Assembly (NCBI GenBank): GCA_041651115.1
Contig: JBAZJY010000004.1
Span: 14,114-78,113 of the forward strand
DNA: 64,000 bases
Source: Candidatus Omnitrophota bacterium
Lineage (GTDB): Bacteria; Omnitrophota; Gorgyraeia; Gygaellales; Profunditerraquicolaceae
Direction: 5' to 3'
The notes under the pieces were generated by a model that did no database searches, was not told the origin of the DNA, and worked only from the letters and a program-made list of their open reading frames with translations. This document shows positions 37,193 through 46,614 of the stretch, piece after piece (within the stretch, counting starts at the first letter, position 1; every line of letters begins with the position of its first letter). The position numbers and the translations under genes were made by a program.

Positions 37193-38410
37193 GTGAAAAA
37201 ATATTTTTTTCCTGCTATTGTGTTGATTGCTGCGATCCTTATCGGGCTTTCCTGCAAGCCGGCTCCATCCCCTAAAGCATACATTAAAAAACTTAAAAAC
37301 AATCATTATCAACTGGTCGTAGACGCTAAGCCGTTTGTCGTCAAGGGCGTTTGCTATAATCCCGCGCCTATCGGCCAGAACCACGAATATGACTGGTGGT
37401 CTGATCCTAATAAGCCCTGGCTTGTAGACGGTAAATTGATGCAGGAGATGGGTATTAATGCCATCCGCGTTTATCAGCCGGGCGAAAACCCGGAAAGCGT
37501 AAAGCAGGTGATCCGCGACCTGTATAATCTTTACGGCATCCGCACGATACTGGGCAGCTGGCTGGGCTTCTGGGAATATCCCTGCCCGTTTTATGCCGAT
37601 AAGGATTTTCAAGACAGAGTGAAAAAGCAGGTATTGGAAATGGTCGGTTTATATAAAGACGAGCCCGGGGTCTTGATGTGGATCCTGGGCAATGAAAATA
37701 ACTATTCTTTTGCCGGCCGGGTCAATGCCTGGTCGTCGGAGGAAATAGACAAGGAACCTGATCTTTCCAAGCAGCGGGTGATGCGGGCAAAGATCTATTA
37801 TTCTTTTGTAAATGAGATCGCCAAAGAAATCCATAAGCTTGACCCAAATCATCCGGTTGCCCTTGGTAACGGCGAACTTGTGGGGCTTGATATCGCTTCC
37901 GGGCTTTGCCCGGACATTGACCTGATCGCCTGCATAATTTACCGGGGCAAGAGTTTCGGCAATATTTTTAATTCCCTGCGTACCACGTTTGACAAACCGA
38001 TACTATTGAGTGAATTCGGCGCCGACGCTTACGACGCCTCCAAGAATAAAGAAGACCAGAATATGCAGGCCTTCTTTTTAGAGGCGCAGTGGCGGCAGAT
38101 CTATAAAAACCTTGCTGGAAATAAGGAAGGGGCGGGAAATTGCATCGGCGGAGTAATGTTTGAATGGACTGATGAGTGGTGGAAGCACAATGAATCGGAC
38201 CCGTCCGCGTGGATAATCCATGACACAGGCTCTTACTGGTCTAACGGCAGCTACTACCTTGACATACAGGCCCCGGATAATAAAAATATGAACGAAGAAT
38301 GGTTCGGCATCGTAGCTTTATCTGAAGAGCAGGAAAGCGGCTTAAATAAGCGCACCCCCCGCAAGAGTTATTACGTGATCAGGGAACTTTGGAAGGAAAA
38401 ATCAAAATGA
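37193..38410 (+). CDS. Clan GH-A glycoside hydrolase lipoprotein, a paralogue of 33605-35914
   Basis: The lipobox is ...LIGLSC. VKGVCYNP...WILGNENNYSF...LLSEFGADAYD give the same catalytic NE and (S/T)E(F/Y)G motifs. Confidence 0.6.
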   Translation: MKKYFFPAIVLIAAILIGLSCKPAPSPKAYIKKLKNNHYQLVVDAKPFVVKGVCYNPAPIGQNHEYDWWSDPNKPWLVDGKLMQEMGINAIRVYQPGENPESVKQVIRDLYNLYGIRTILGSWLGFWEYPCPFYADKDFQDRVKKQVLEMVGLYKDEPGVLMWILGNENNYSFAGRVNAWSSEEIDKEPDLSKQRVMRAKIYYSFVNEIAKEIHKLDPNHPVALGNGELVGLDIASGLCPDIDLIACIIYRGKSFGNIFNSLRTTFDKPILLSEFGADAYDASKNKEDQNMQAFFLEAQWRQIYKNLAGNKEGAGNCIGGVMFEWTDEWWKHNESDPSAWIIHDTGSYWSNGSYYLDIQAPDNKNMNEEWFGIVALSEEQESGLNKRTPRKSYYVIRELWKEKSK

Positions 38411-39966
38411 AAAATCAAAAACAAAAAACAGCTTCGGTATTAACCTGTATCATCGCTTTTTTAATCTTTAATTTGGCCTCTTTGCATGCCGAAGACGATA
38501 AGATCCCTTACGATGCCCTGAAGGAAACCGCGGAAAAATATTTCAGCGAGCAGAAATATAATGAATGCGCCGAATATCTCGGCTCACTGGCAGAAAAAGA
38601 AATTGCCGCTCCGGCGGAGTTGGATTACCTTCTGGCGCTTACCCGCTACAACCAGCTTAAATACCTTGAAGAATCGCAGGACTGGAACGAATATTTCAGC
38701 AAGGGCAATGATTACCGCGGCGAGATCAAGTCATACGCCGAAGAAGCGATAAGCGGCACTTCTTCAAAGGACAAGGCCAATGTTTACAGCCGCCTTGTCT
38801 TGTGGAAACTTTATAAAGACCAGGAAGACGCCGGCCAGGATAAGGCGCTTACGGACCTGGCCAATGCCGCGCTTGAAAACGGCGATGCCGGCCTGCTTAA
38901 AGACGTTGCCGACTCGCTCATCGCGTATGGAGAAAGAATAAATTCCCGCAGGCTTTATAAAACTTACGTGGAAAAACTTGCCGCTTCCCGGATCAGCGAC
39001 GCGGAATTAAAGTCTTCGGCGGAATCTTTCTATAAGCAGCAGAATTTTGAGTTATCAGAGGCGCTTTACGACGCGTATATCGGCCGCATTGCCGCGTCAA
39101 TGCCCAAAGATGAATTGGCTACCGACTTGAAGGAAATCGCAAAGCAGTTCGCCTATGACCCGGCTATCGCAGGCGATCCGGCTTACGCGGAAAAGGTATT
39201 TGCCAAAATGGAGGAATCAGCCGGTAAGGAAAGTTTTGACGAAGAAACGCTTTATCTGCGCGCGTTCAACCTGGAAAAAGCGAAAGAATTTACCAGGGCA
39301 AGGGATGTTTATCGGGAGTTGATCAATCGTTTTCCCGAGGGCAGCCATATTAACGCAGCGCTTTATAAAACCGGCGTGTTTGATGTTTATGCGCTCCGCA
39401 GCCTGGATAGCGGCAGGGGATATTTTGAAAAATTAGCGGCAAAGGAAACTATTGACCCGCAGGTCATCTCGGCAATTTATCAGCTTGGGCTTTTAAACCA
39501 ATGGGAAGATAATGCGGTTAAGGCAAAAGAATATTATGATAAATTACTGGAACTTGCCAAAGACGGATACGCGGAAAAATCCGGCCTTGCAAAAATGCGG
39601 CTAAAAGAGATCAGCGAATCAAAACCGCTGGATTATAACTTGAAGCTTTTTCTTGATGTTTCGCTTAAAGAGGAAAATGCCGCGTTTGACTCCGGTAAGG
39701 CAGACCTGAAATTAACTCCCTATATCCTAAAGGTAAATGATAAATTGAATGCAGGCGTGTCCGCTTCAGCAGGCGAGAGCGGCTGCATGCCCATAGACCT
39801 GCAATACCTTTGGTCAGGGGACCTGGGCAACGCCGCGTTGACCCCGGAGCAGCATTCATTTGAAACTTCTTATTCCGACAGCGGTATTAAGCAGATAAAT
39901 CTTATAGTTGTTTCTCCTTCGGGCGTTGTCGGCCGCAGCATGAGCCTTGCCGACGTTAATAGTTAA
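38407..39966 (+). CDS. Secreted TPR-like helical-repeat protein. The start is the second ATG, which overlaps the previous stop as ATGA.
   Basis: The signal-like N-terminus is KTASVLTCIIAFLIFNLASLHA. The rest is helical-repeat-rich (LALTRYNQLKYLEESQDW..., YKTGVFDVYALRS...). Confidence 0.5.
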   Translation: MKNQKQKTASVLTCIIAFLIFNLASLHAEDDKIPYDALKETAEKYFSEQKYNECAEYLGSLAEKEIAAPAELDYLLALTRYNQLKYLEESQDWNEYFSKGNDYRGEIKSYAEEAISGTSSKDKANVYSRLVLWKLYKDQEDAGQDKALTDLANAALENGDAGLLKDVADSLIAYGERINSRRLYKTYVEKLAASRISDAELKSSAESFYKQQNFELSEALYDAYIGRIAASMPKDELATDLKEIAKQFAYDPAIAGDPAYAEKVFAKMEESAGKESFDEETLYLRAFNLEKAKEFTRARDVYRELINRFPEGSHINAALYKTGVFDVYALRSLDSGRGYFEKLAAKETIDPQVISAIYQLGLLNQWEDNAVKAKEYYDKLLELAKDGYAEKSGLAKMRLKEISESKPLDYNLKLFLDVSLKEENAAFDSGKADLKLTPYILKVNDKLNAGVSASAGESGCMPIDLQYLWSGDLGNAALTPEQHSFETSYSDSGIKQINLIVVSPSGVVGRSMSLADVNS

Positions 39967-39972
39967 AAATAC

Positions 39973-40001
39973 TTGACTTATATCTTTATTAGTAGTATAA
40001 A
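39973..40001 (+). promoter_or_regulatory. Sigma-70-like promoter TTGACT-N17-TATAAA upstream of the ROK regulator gene
   Basis: TTGACT at 39973-39978, a 17-nt spacer, and TATAAA at 39996-40001. Confidence 0.4.
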
Positions 40002-40063
40002 GAATTCATAAATTATTGTCCCTAAAATTTATTAGTGCCACGGAGAAAGGCCTTATCCCGGCT

Positions 40064-41299
40064 ATGCGATCAGCAGATTTTAAGCACGAAGAGCTTACCG
40101 AAAAAGAAAGGCGCAATGTCGATATTTTGGAAATCCTAAGGAAGCACGGGCCGATCAGCAGGCCGGATATTTCCAAAGAAATGGGGATCAACGTGGTTAC
40201 CATTTCTAATTATATCGACGAGTTCATCAAGCACGACCTGGTTTTTGAGAAAGAGCTTGATGTATCCGAAGGCGGCAGGCGGCCCACTCTCCTTGACTTG
40301 AATCCCAAGGCCGGATATGTCATTGGCGTCGGCCTGAACCTGACGAACATGGTCGGGCTTTTGGTGGACTTAAAAGGCAATATCATCACCAAGACCCAGC
40401 TGCCCAGGCCCCAGGCTTCGGTAAAAGAGATCACCGAGTGCCTGCTTGAGATCATCCGTGAAATATTACGGCGCTCAAAAGAATTCACTTCCGGCATAAG
40501 GGGCATCGGCATCGGCATCGCCGGCCTCGTGAATAAGGATGACGGGTCCATTCATTGGCCGCAGAAAATGGATCATTATTATACCTACGCTTCCGTTGAC
40601 CTTCCGCTCAAAGAGCTTATTGAAAAAGAATTTAACCTCCCGGCCTTGATTGAAAATGACGCCACCAGCGCCTGTTTCGGCGAGCATTGGCTGGACCTTG
40701 ACCGCGGATACAAAAACGTTATCTATATGTTTTCCGGCGTGGGTTGCGGCATAATGATCAACGGCGAGATTTACACCGGTTCAAGCGGCTATGCCGGGGA
40801 AGTATCGGTCTATAATTTTAAAGAGCAGGATTCGTTTAATTGCCCCGCGGCAAATGGCTGTTTTATCAAGCGTTGGGAAACGGATTTAGGAATAGTTGAC
40901 AGCGTTAAAAAGGCGCTGGCGCAGGACAAAGAAGCGGCAGAAAAATTTTTCCGTATTACCTCTTCAGGGATGGACAGCGTCGATTTAAAGGCGGTTTTTG
41001 TCGCGGCCAGGGCAAATGAGCCCTTAGCAACGCAAGCTTTGGATGAAGCGGCAAAGCGGCTGGGAATAAAGATCGCGCAGCTGGTAAATTTATTAAACCC
41101 GCAGGTCGTAGTTATCGGCGGAGGATTAGAAGAGGCAGGAGATGTTTTTCTTAACCGGGTAAGCTCCACGGTAAAAGAATGGGCATTCCGGGAAATCACC
41201 GAAGACTTGAAAGTGACGTATTCGCAGTTGAGGGAAAACGCCGTAGCATTGGGAGCGGCAAGCCTTGTGATGCAGCGATTATTTGCGCAGGTGTGGTAA
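40064..41299 (+). CDS. ROK-family transcriptional regulator of the NagC/XylR type
   Basis: The N-terminal wHTH is RRNVDILEILRKHGPISRPDISKEMGINVVTISNYIDEFIK. The ROK sugar-kinase-like fold is marked by GVGLNLTNMVGLLVDLKGN...GIGIGIAGLVN...CFGEHW. The ATG at 40064 is chosen over the in-frame TTG at 40016. Confidence 0.7.
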   Translation: MRSADFKHEELTEKERRNVDILEILRKHGPISRPDISKEMGINVVTISNYIDEFIKHDLVFEKELDVSEGGRRPTLLDLNPKAGYVIGVGLNLTNMVGLLVDLKGNIITKTQLPRPQASVKEITECLLEIIREILRRSKEFTSGIRGIGIGIAGLVNKDDGSIHWPQKMDHYYTYASVDLPLKELIEKEFNLPALIENDATSACFGEHWLDLDRGYKNVIYMFSGVGCGIMINGEIYTGSSGYAGEVSVYNFKEQDSFNCPAANGCFIKRWETDLGIVDSVKKALAQDKEAAEKFFRITSSGMDSVDLKAVFVAARANEPLATQALDEAAKRLGIKIAQLVNLLNPQVVVIGGGLEEAGDVFLNRVSSTVKEWAFREITEDLKVTYSQLRENAVALGAASLVMQRLFAQVW

Positions 41300-41318
41300 A
41301 ATATAAAAGGGAGCGGTA

Positions 41319-42506
41319 ATGGAGCAGAAAATCAAAATTGCCATAATCGGACTGGTGGTTTTGCTGTTTGTCAGTTTCGTGATCATCTTGGGGGCGCTTG
41401 GTTCTAAACAGGCCCTGGAACGCGAAATTACGCAGGTTACCAACGAAAGGAACGTGCTGCGCAAACAGGCCGATGATATTGCCTTGCAAAGGCGGCAGTT
41501 GGAAGAAAGATTCAATGCCCTGAATAACGATATGCGGAGATTGTCTCAGGAAAAAGAAGAGCTGCAGGGCAGGTATAACTTGTTAGATAAAACCAGGGAA
41601 GACCTGCTTGGACAGATAAAAGCGCTTAAGGAAAGGCCGGCCCCTGCTCCGGCTTATTCAGCGCCCTCGGCCAGAACAACCGCGCCTGCCGCGGCAGTTG
41701 TTTCCGTGCCGCCGGAAGCTGACGCGTATTGGGGCGGAATACTGCAGGCAAAAACCGACCTTGAATTTCAGCTTACTGCCGTGCGCAATGAGCTCAGGAA
41801 CTACCAGATAAATAGCGAACAACTGCAGCGGGAAAAGGCGAATTTAGAAATGGATCTTACCAGTTTAACCCGCGATAATCAGGACTTAAGGCGGCAGATG
41901 GAATATAACCAGAAAATAATGGACAGCGTTACCGCGGAGCTTGTGCGGGAGAAGAACGATAAAGGGCTTATACAGGAAAGCGTTAAAGTGATCAAGACCG
42001 AGAACGCCGTGCTTAAACGCCAGGTTAAGGCTTTAAGCGGCCGCAAGATCGTCCTTGAGAAAAAACTGACAGAGGTGCAGGAAAAGAACAATACTCTTGA
42101 AAAAAGATTTGAAGAGATGGAAGTGCTTTTAAAGGACAAGATGTCGCAGGTTGAGACGATAAAGAACCAGATGCTTATGCCTGATGTTGCTACCGGCGGC
42201 AAGACACAAGACGATTCAGTCCAGCTTCCTCCGATCACCGTCCGCCCGCAGGAAGACTCAAGCGCAGCGCAGCCGGACGTGCTTTCAGCTTATCGCGGTA
42301 AGGTCGCCGCGGTAAACCGCGACAATAATTTCGTAGTGATCGATATCGGCCAGGACACCGGAGTTAATATTGGGGATACGTTCCAGGTGTACCGCGACGA
42401 TAAGTTGATCGCCAGATTGGAAACTATACAGGTGCGCCAGAACATCGCCGCCTGCGACATAAAGAAAGAACTTTCGCCGATAAAAGTCGGCGATAACGTC
42501 AGGTAA
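41319..42506 (+). CDS. Membrane-anchored coiled-coil protein of unknown function
   Basis: It has an N-terminal TM helix (IAIIGLVVLLFVSFVIILGAL), a long heptad-rich region, an Ala/Pro-rich linker and a C-terminal small beta-rich domain. Confidence 0.5.
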   Translation: MEQKIKIAIIGLVVLLFVSFVIILGALGSKQALEREITQVTNERNVLRKQADDIALQRRQLEERFNALNNDMRRLSQEKEELQGRYNLLDKTREDLLGQIKALKERPAPAPAYSAPSARTTAPAAAVVSVPPEADAYWGGILQAKTDLEFQLTAVRNELRNYQINSEQLQREKANLEMDLTSLTRDNQDLRRQMEYNQKIMDSVTAELVREKNDKGLIQESVKVIKTENAVLKRQVKALSGRKIVLEKKLTEVQEKNNTLEKRFEEMEVLLKDKMSQVETIKNQMLMPDVATGGKTQDDSVQLPPITVRPQEDSSAAQPDVLSAYRGKVAAVNRDNNFVVIDIGQDTGVNIGDTFQVYRDDKLIARLETIQVRQNIAACDIKKELSPIKVGDNVR

Positions 42507-42519
42507 CAGATTTTTTTAA

Positions 42520-43545
42520 ATGGTGCGGACCAAGAAGACTTCCTCGAAGACTGTTTCTATAGAAGATGTTGCCCGCCTTGCCGGAGTTTCCATAACTACG
42601 GTTTCCCGCGTGATCAACAAACTCTCGTCGGTAAAAGAAAAGAACCGCAGACTTGTGCTTGACGCGGTAAAACAGCTTAATTTTCAGCCGTCGGTATTTG
42701 CCCAGCGCCTGGCAACCGGCAGGAGCAATGTCGTTGCCCTGGTCATCCCGCGCTATGAAGGCGTGTTTTATTCTTTTTACGCGATGGAGATCATCCGCGG
42801 CATCGGTACGCTTTGCGAAGAACTGAAATTAGACCTGCTTTTGCATCTTACGGACAGCCGTTCGGTGCTGAATTTAAAAGGCACAGGAGGCATAATTTTT
42901 TCCGACATTATCGGGAACCGTCATCAGCTTGAGCAATCGCTGCGCGACGGCTCTCCCTGCGTAGTGCTCAACCATTACATGGAAGATATGGACGTCAATT
43001 GCGTTGCCGTGGATAACCGCAGCGGCGCCGAAGAAGCGGTAAATTACCTTATCAGCCTCGGCCATAAAAAGATCGCGCATATTACCGGCGACCTTGTGAC
43101 GCAGGCAGCAGCGTGGCGTTTTGAAGGGTATAAGCGCGCCCTGAAAAAACATAATATAGAATTGCGCGAAGATTATGTCTTTAAGACGAACTATTCGCGC
43201 GGCCAGGCACGGCAGGCGGCAGAAGACCTGATGAACATGCCCGATGCTTCCCGGCCCACGGCGGTATTTGTCGCCTCTGATTCCATGGCCCTTGAAGTCA
43301 TGGCAGTGGTAAGGGAGCGCAGCAAAGAAGTACCGCGCGACCTTTCTATCGTCGGATTTGATGATGACCCTGCCGGGCTATACGGCCACGTCGGGCTTAC
43401 CACGGTCAGGCAGCCATTGATAAAAATGGCGGAAGAAGGCGTTAAATTACTGAACAAATTAATGAACCCAAAGGATAAGCTGAAGGTAAATAAACTGCTC
43501 CTTCCCGCGGAGCTGGTCATCCGGGAGTCCTGCCGGACGATTTAG
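42520..43545 (+). CDS. LacI-family transcriptional regulator
   Basis: The HTH is VSIEDVARLAGVSITTVSRVINK, followed by a periplasmic-binding-protein-like sugar-binding core. Confidence 0.8.
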   Translation: MVRTKKTSSKTVSIEDVARLAGVSITTVSRVINKLSSVKEKNRRLVLDAVKQLNFQPSVFAQRLATGRSNVVALVIPRYEGVFYSFYAMEIIRGIGTLCEELKLDLLLHLTDSRSVLNLKGTGGIIFSDIIGNRHQLEQSLRDGSPCVVLNHYMEDMDVNCVAVDNRSGAEEAVNYLISLGHKKIAHITGDLVTQAAAWRFEGYKRALKKHNIELREDYVFKTNYSRGQARQAAEDLMNMPDASRPTAVFVASDSMALEVMAVVRERSKEVPRDLSIVGFDDDPAGLYGHVGLTTVRQPLIKMAEEGVKLLNKLMNPKDKLKVNKLLLPAELVIRESCRTI

Positions 43546-43606
43546 CGCCTGCATACAATTTATTGTGGATAAAAAATTTCCTCATACAACATCTTGTATT
43601 TTTTTG

Positions 43607-43635
43607 TTGACAAACATTTTGCCGCTTGCTATACT
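43607..43635 (+). promoter_or_regulatory. Consensus-like sigma-70 promoter TTGACA-N17-TATACT upstream of nrdJ
   Basis: TTGACA at 43607-43612, a 17-nt spacer, and TATACT at 43630-43635. An imperfect palindrome ACAA-CATC-TTGT lies at about 43585-43597 just upstream. Confidence 0.45.
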
Positions 43636-43680
43636 CGGTCTATCAAAAATCAACCGTCATTTAACTTCCTGAGGTGAGAA

Positions 43681-45981
43681 ATGGCACTGAAGCTCTCCGA
43701 GAATGCTCTAAAAGTCCTGCAGCGCAGATATCTTAAAAAAGACGAAACAGGAAAAGTCGTTGAGACGCCGGAAGAAATGTTCCGCCGCGTAGCTAAGGCT
43801 ATCGCTGCCGCGGACAAACAATACGGCAGGCCGCTTAAGGACGTTGCGGAACTTGAAGAAAAATTTTATCGCGTAATGACCAACCTTGATTTCGTGCCGA
43901 ATTCGCCCTGCCTGATGAATGCCGGCAAGGAGCTCGGCCAGCTCTCCGCGTGTTTTACCCTGCCGATCAACGATTCAATGGAATCCATTTTTGAGACATT
44001 AAAGGCTACGGCGATCATCCATAAATCCGGCGGCGGCACGGGATTTTCTTTTTCCCGGCTGCGGGCAAAGAATTCGGTGGTTAAGACAACCGGCGGCGTT
44101 GCCTCCGGCCCGGTTTCGTTCATGAAAGTATATGATTCCGCGACGGAAGCGGTAAAACAGGGCGGCACGCGCCGCGGCGCGAATATGGGAATACTGCGCA
44201 CCGACCATCCCGACATCATGGAATTTATCGCCTGCAAAGAAAACAATAAAGAGATAAATAATTTCAATATTTCCGTCGCTATTACCGACGATTTTATGCA
44301 GAAGCTGGAAAGCGGTGAGCCATACGATTTAATCGACCCGCATTCGCATAAAGTAGTGGAACGGCTTAATACTAAAGACGTTTTTGAGCTGATCGTTAAA
44401 CAGGCGCATAAGAACGGCGAGCCGGGAGTGATTTTCATTGACCGGATCAACCAGCATAATCCTACGCCTAAATTAGGAAATATTGAAAGCACTAATCCTT
44501 GCGGCGAACAGCCGCTCTTGCCTTATGAAAGCTGCGACTTGGGGTCAATAAACTTGGCCCAGATGTGCAAACCGTCGGTCAGGGGCGGCTTTGAGGTTGA
44601 CTGGCAAAAATTAAAAGAGACCACCCGCCTGGCAGTGCATTTCCTTGATAATCTTATTGACGTAAATAAATTCCCGCTTCCTGAAATAGAGAAATCAACA
44701 AAGGCAACGCGCAAGGTCGGCTTAGGCGTGATGGGCTGGGCAAGCCTTTTGATACGCCTGGGCATTCCTTATAATTCGGAAGACGCGGTCAGCCTGGCTG
44801 AAAAAATGATGTCGTTTATTTTGACCGAAGCAACTGCCAGGTCGCAGGAATTGGCAAAAGAAAAAGGCGTATTCCCGGCATTCCCCGGATGCACCTATGA
44901 TAAGAAAGACGGCGGCATGCGGCTGCGCAACGCAACGCTGACGACGATCGCGCCGACAGGAACGATCAGTATTATTGCCGGGCCGTGCTCATCGGGGATA
45001 GAGCCGTTGTTTGCCATTTCTTATTACCGCAACGTAATGGATAACGATAAATTAGTCGAGGTAGAGCCCTTGTTTGAAGAAGTGGCGCGCGAGCGCGGGT
45101 TTTACAGCCGGAAATTAATGGAAAAGATCGCCGAATCCCCCTCTTTAAAAAACATTGAGGGCGTGCCTGAAGACGTAAAAAGGATTTTTGTCACTGCCCA
45201 CGATATTACTCCTGAATGGCACGTGCGCATGCAGGCAGCCTTCCAGCGTTATACCCATAATGCCGTCAGCAAAACGATAAATTTTCCGCACGAGGCTACG
45301 CTTGAGGACGTGCGCAAGGCATACCTGATGGCTTATCAGCTGGACTGCAAGGGGATCACGATCTACCGCGACCGCAGCCGCGAAGAACAGGTTTTGAATG
45401 TGGCGCATAAAGAAGCTCCGGCGCAGCAGCAGCCGCTTGAGCCGGGAAAGATCGCCCCCCGTCCGCGGCCGGAAGTGGTTACCGGCACGACCACAAAAGT
45501 CGCTACCGGATGCGGCAACCTTTATGTTACCATTAACGGCGATGAGGAAGGCAGGCCGTTTGAGCTTTTTACGCAGATGGGCAAAGCCGGTGGATGCGCC
45601 GGTTCGCAGCTTGAGGCAGTGGGCCGCCTCGCTTCCCTTGCCTTTCGTTCAGGTATTGAAGTAAAAGCGATCATTGAGCAGCTGCGCAATATCCGCTGCC
45701 CCAGCCCTTCATGGGAAAAAGGCCAAAGGATATTTTCCTGCGCCGACGCGATCGCGCGCGTGATTGAAAAACGGCTGATGAGCGAGGCTAGCGCGTCCGT
45801 GCCTGCGGCGGAAGCGGCAGTTGAATTGGCAATGAAACATTCGCATAACGATCATATGGCGGCAGTCCCTGAAATAGACGCCCACGGAAATATTATCGGA
45901 GTTTGCCCGGATTGCGGCGGAGCCCTGCGCCACGAGGAAGGCTGCGTCAAATGCCAGGCCTGCGGTTATTCCAAGTGTTAG
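43681..45981 (+). CDS. nrdJ: Adenosylcobalamin-dependent (class II) ribonucleotide reductase
   Basis: It shows NrdJ N-terminal homology (LSENALKVLQRRYL...), the active-site motif TNPCGEQPL, and a C-terminal Cys-rich zinc ribbon CPDCGG...CVKCQACG. Confidence 0.85.
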   Translation: MALKLSENALKVLQRRYLKKDETGKVVETPEEMFRRVAKAIAAADKQYGRPLKDVAELEEKFYRVMTNLDFVPNSPCLMNAGKELGQLSACFTLPINDSMESIFETLKATAIIHKSGGGTGFSFSRLRAKNSVVKTTGGVASGPVSFMKVYDSATEAVKQGGTRRGANMGILRTDHPDIMEFIACKENNKEINNFNISVAITDDFMQKLESGEPYDLIDPHSHKVVERLNTKDVFELIVKQAHKNGEPGVIFIDRINQHNPTPKLGNIESTNPCGEQPLLPYESCDLGSINLAQMCKPSVRGGFEVDWQKLKETTRLAVHFLDNLIDVNKFPLPEIEKSTKATRKVGLGVMGWASLLIRLGIPYNSEDAVSLAEKMMSFILTEATARSQELAKEKGVFPAFPGCTYDKKDGGMRLRNATLTTIAPTGTISIIAGPCSSGIEPLFAISYYRNVMDNDKLVEVEPLFEEVARERGFYSRKLMEKIAESPSLKNIEGVPEDVKRIFVTAHDITPEWHVRMQAAFQRYTHNAVSKTINFPHEATLEDVRKAYLMAYQLDCKGITIYRDRSREEQVLNVAHKEAPAQQQPLEPGKIAPRPRPEVVTGTTTKVATGCGNLYVTINGDEEGRPFELFTQMGKAGGCAGSQLEAVGRLASLAFRSGIEVKAIIEQLRNIRCPSPSWEKGQRIFSCADAIARVIEKRLMSEASASVPAAEAAVELAMKHSHNDHMAAVPEIDAHGNIIGVCPDCGGALRHEEGCVKCQACGYSKC

Positions 45982-46612
45982 TTTAGGGACGGTTCTCAAC
46001 TCAAAGCTAAAGTGTCCCCTAAAAAGAGAACAAATTGTCTAAAAGTTTATTGTTCTCAGCTCTAAATTTGTAACTGCTCCAAGGGTATTGGCTCACATAA
46101 GATACTAATGAAGCTCTTACCGGGTTGCCCTCTATATAGTCGATACATTCCAAGAGATAGCTGTCTTTTTCAATAACCTTACTCTTAAATCTATCCTGCC
46201 AAAGGTGTCCAATCTTTTTGTTCTTATTATTAAAATAGAGAGTGTAACTTAAGTTTATTCCTCTCATAATTTTATTTAGTTTAATGGGGTTGCTTACTTC
46301 TATAATAAGATGGATGTGGTTAGGCATCAGGCAGAAAGCAAAGAGCCGAAATTTATGTTTATCTTTGTATTTTTTTAATATAGATAAATATACTTCGTAA
46401 TCCGTCGAATTGATAAAAACCAATTGTTTCTGGTTTCCCCTTGTGATAATATGGTAACAAGCATTTTCTATCGTAACTCTTGCCGTTCTAGGCATATCAA
46501 TCACCTCCTAACTAATAGACGAATAAAGAGTAATTTTCTAACAATAAATATACACATTTTTTTGAAGCGGAGGGGACACTTTAGCTTCAGCTTAAGAACC
46601 GTCCCTAAACTA
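45982..46612 (-). mobile_element. IS200/IS605-family (RAYT-like) insertion sequence. Its HUH Y1 transposase is flanked by inverted about-45-bp hairpin-forming ends.
   Basis: The left end is tttagggacggttctcaactcaaagctaaagtgtcccctaaaaag. The right end is ggggacactttagcttcagcttaagaaccgtccctaaa and is the reverse complement of the left end. The element lies exactly between the nrdJ stop and the mnmG start. Confidence 0.65.
46019..46504 (-). CDS. tnpA: IS200-like HUH tyrosine (Y1) transposase TnpA, REP-associated transposase-like
   Basis: YHIITRGN...CLMPNHIHLIIE (HuH)...GHLWQDRF...YIEGNPVRASLV...YPWSSY. A GGAGGTGA ribosome-binding site precedes the ATG on the minus strand. Confidence 0.8.
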   Translation of the reverse strand: MIDMPRTARVTIENACYHIITRGNQKQLVFINSTDYEVYLSILKKYKDKHKFRLFAFCLMPNHIHLIIEVSNPIKLNKIMRGINLSYTLYFNNKNKKIGHLWQDRFKSKVIEKDSYLLECIDYIEGNPVRASLVSYVSQYPWSSYKFRAENNKLLDNLFSF

Positions 46613-46614
46613 AA

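Noticed and set aside
40016-40063. A TTG-initiated 5' extension of the ROK regulator (MSLKFISATEKGLIPA...).
   Set aside because: It would start only 15 nt after the predicted -10 and has no ribosome-binding site. The in-frame ATG at 40064 is preferred, so the extension is unsupported.
43546-43680. A cobalamin riboswitch upstream of the B12-dependent nrdJ.
   Set aside because: No B12-box or conserved riboswitch core could be recognised in the 135-bp leader. Only a sigma-70-like promoter and a small palindrome are present.
43866-44492. A 208-aa ORF antisense to nrdJ.
   Set aside because: It lies inside a strongly supported NrdJ coding region on the other strand and has no independent signals.
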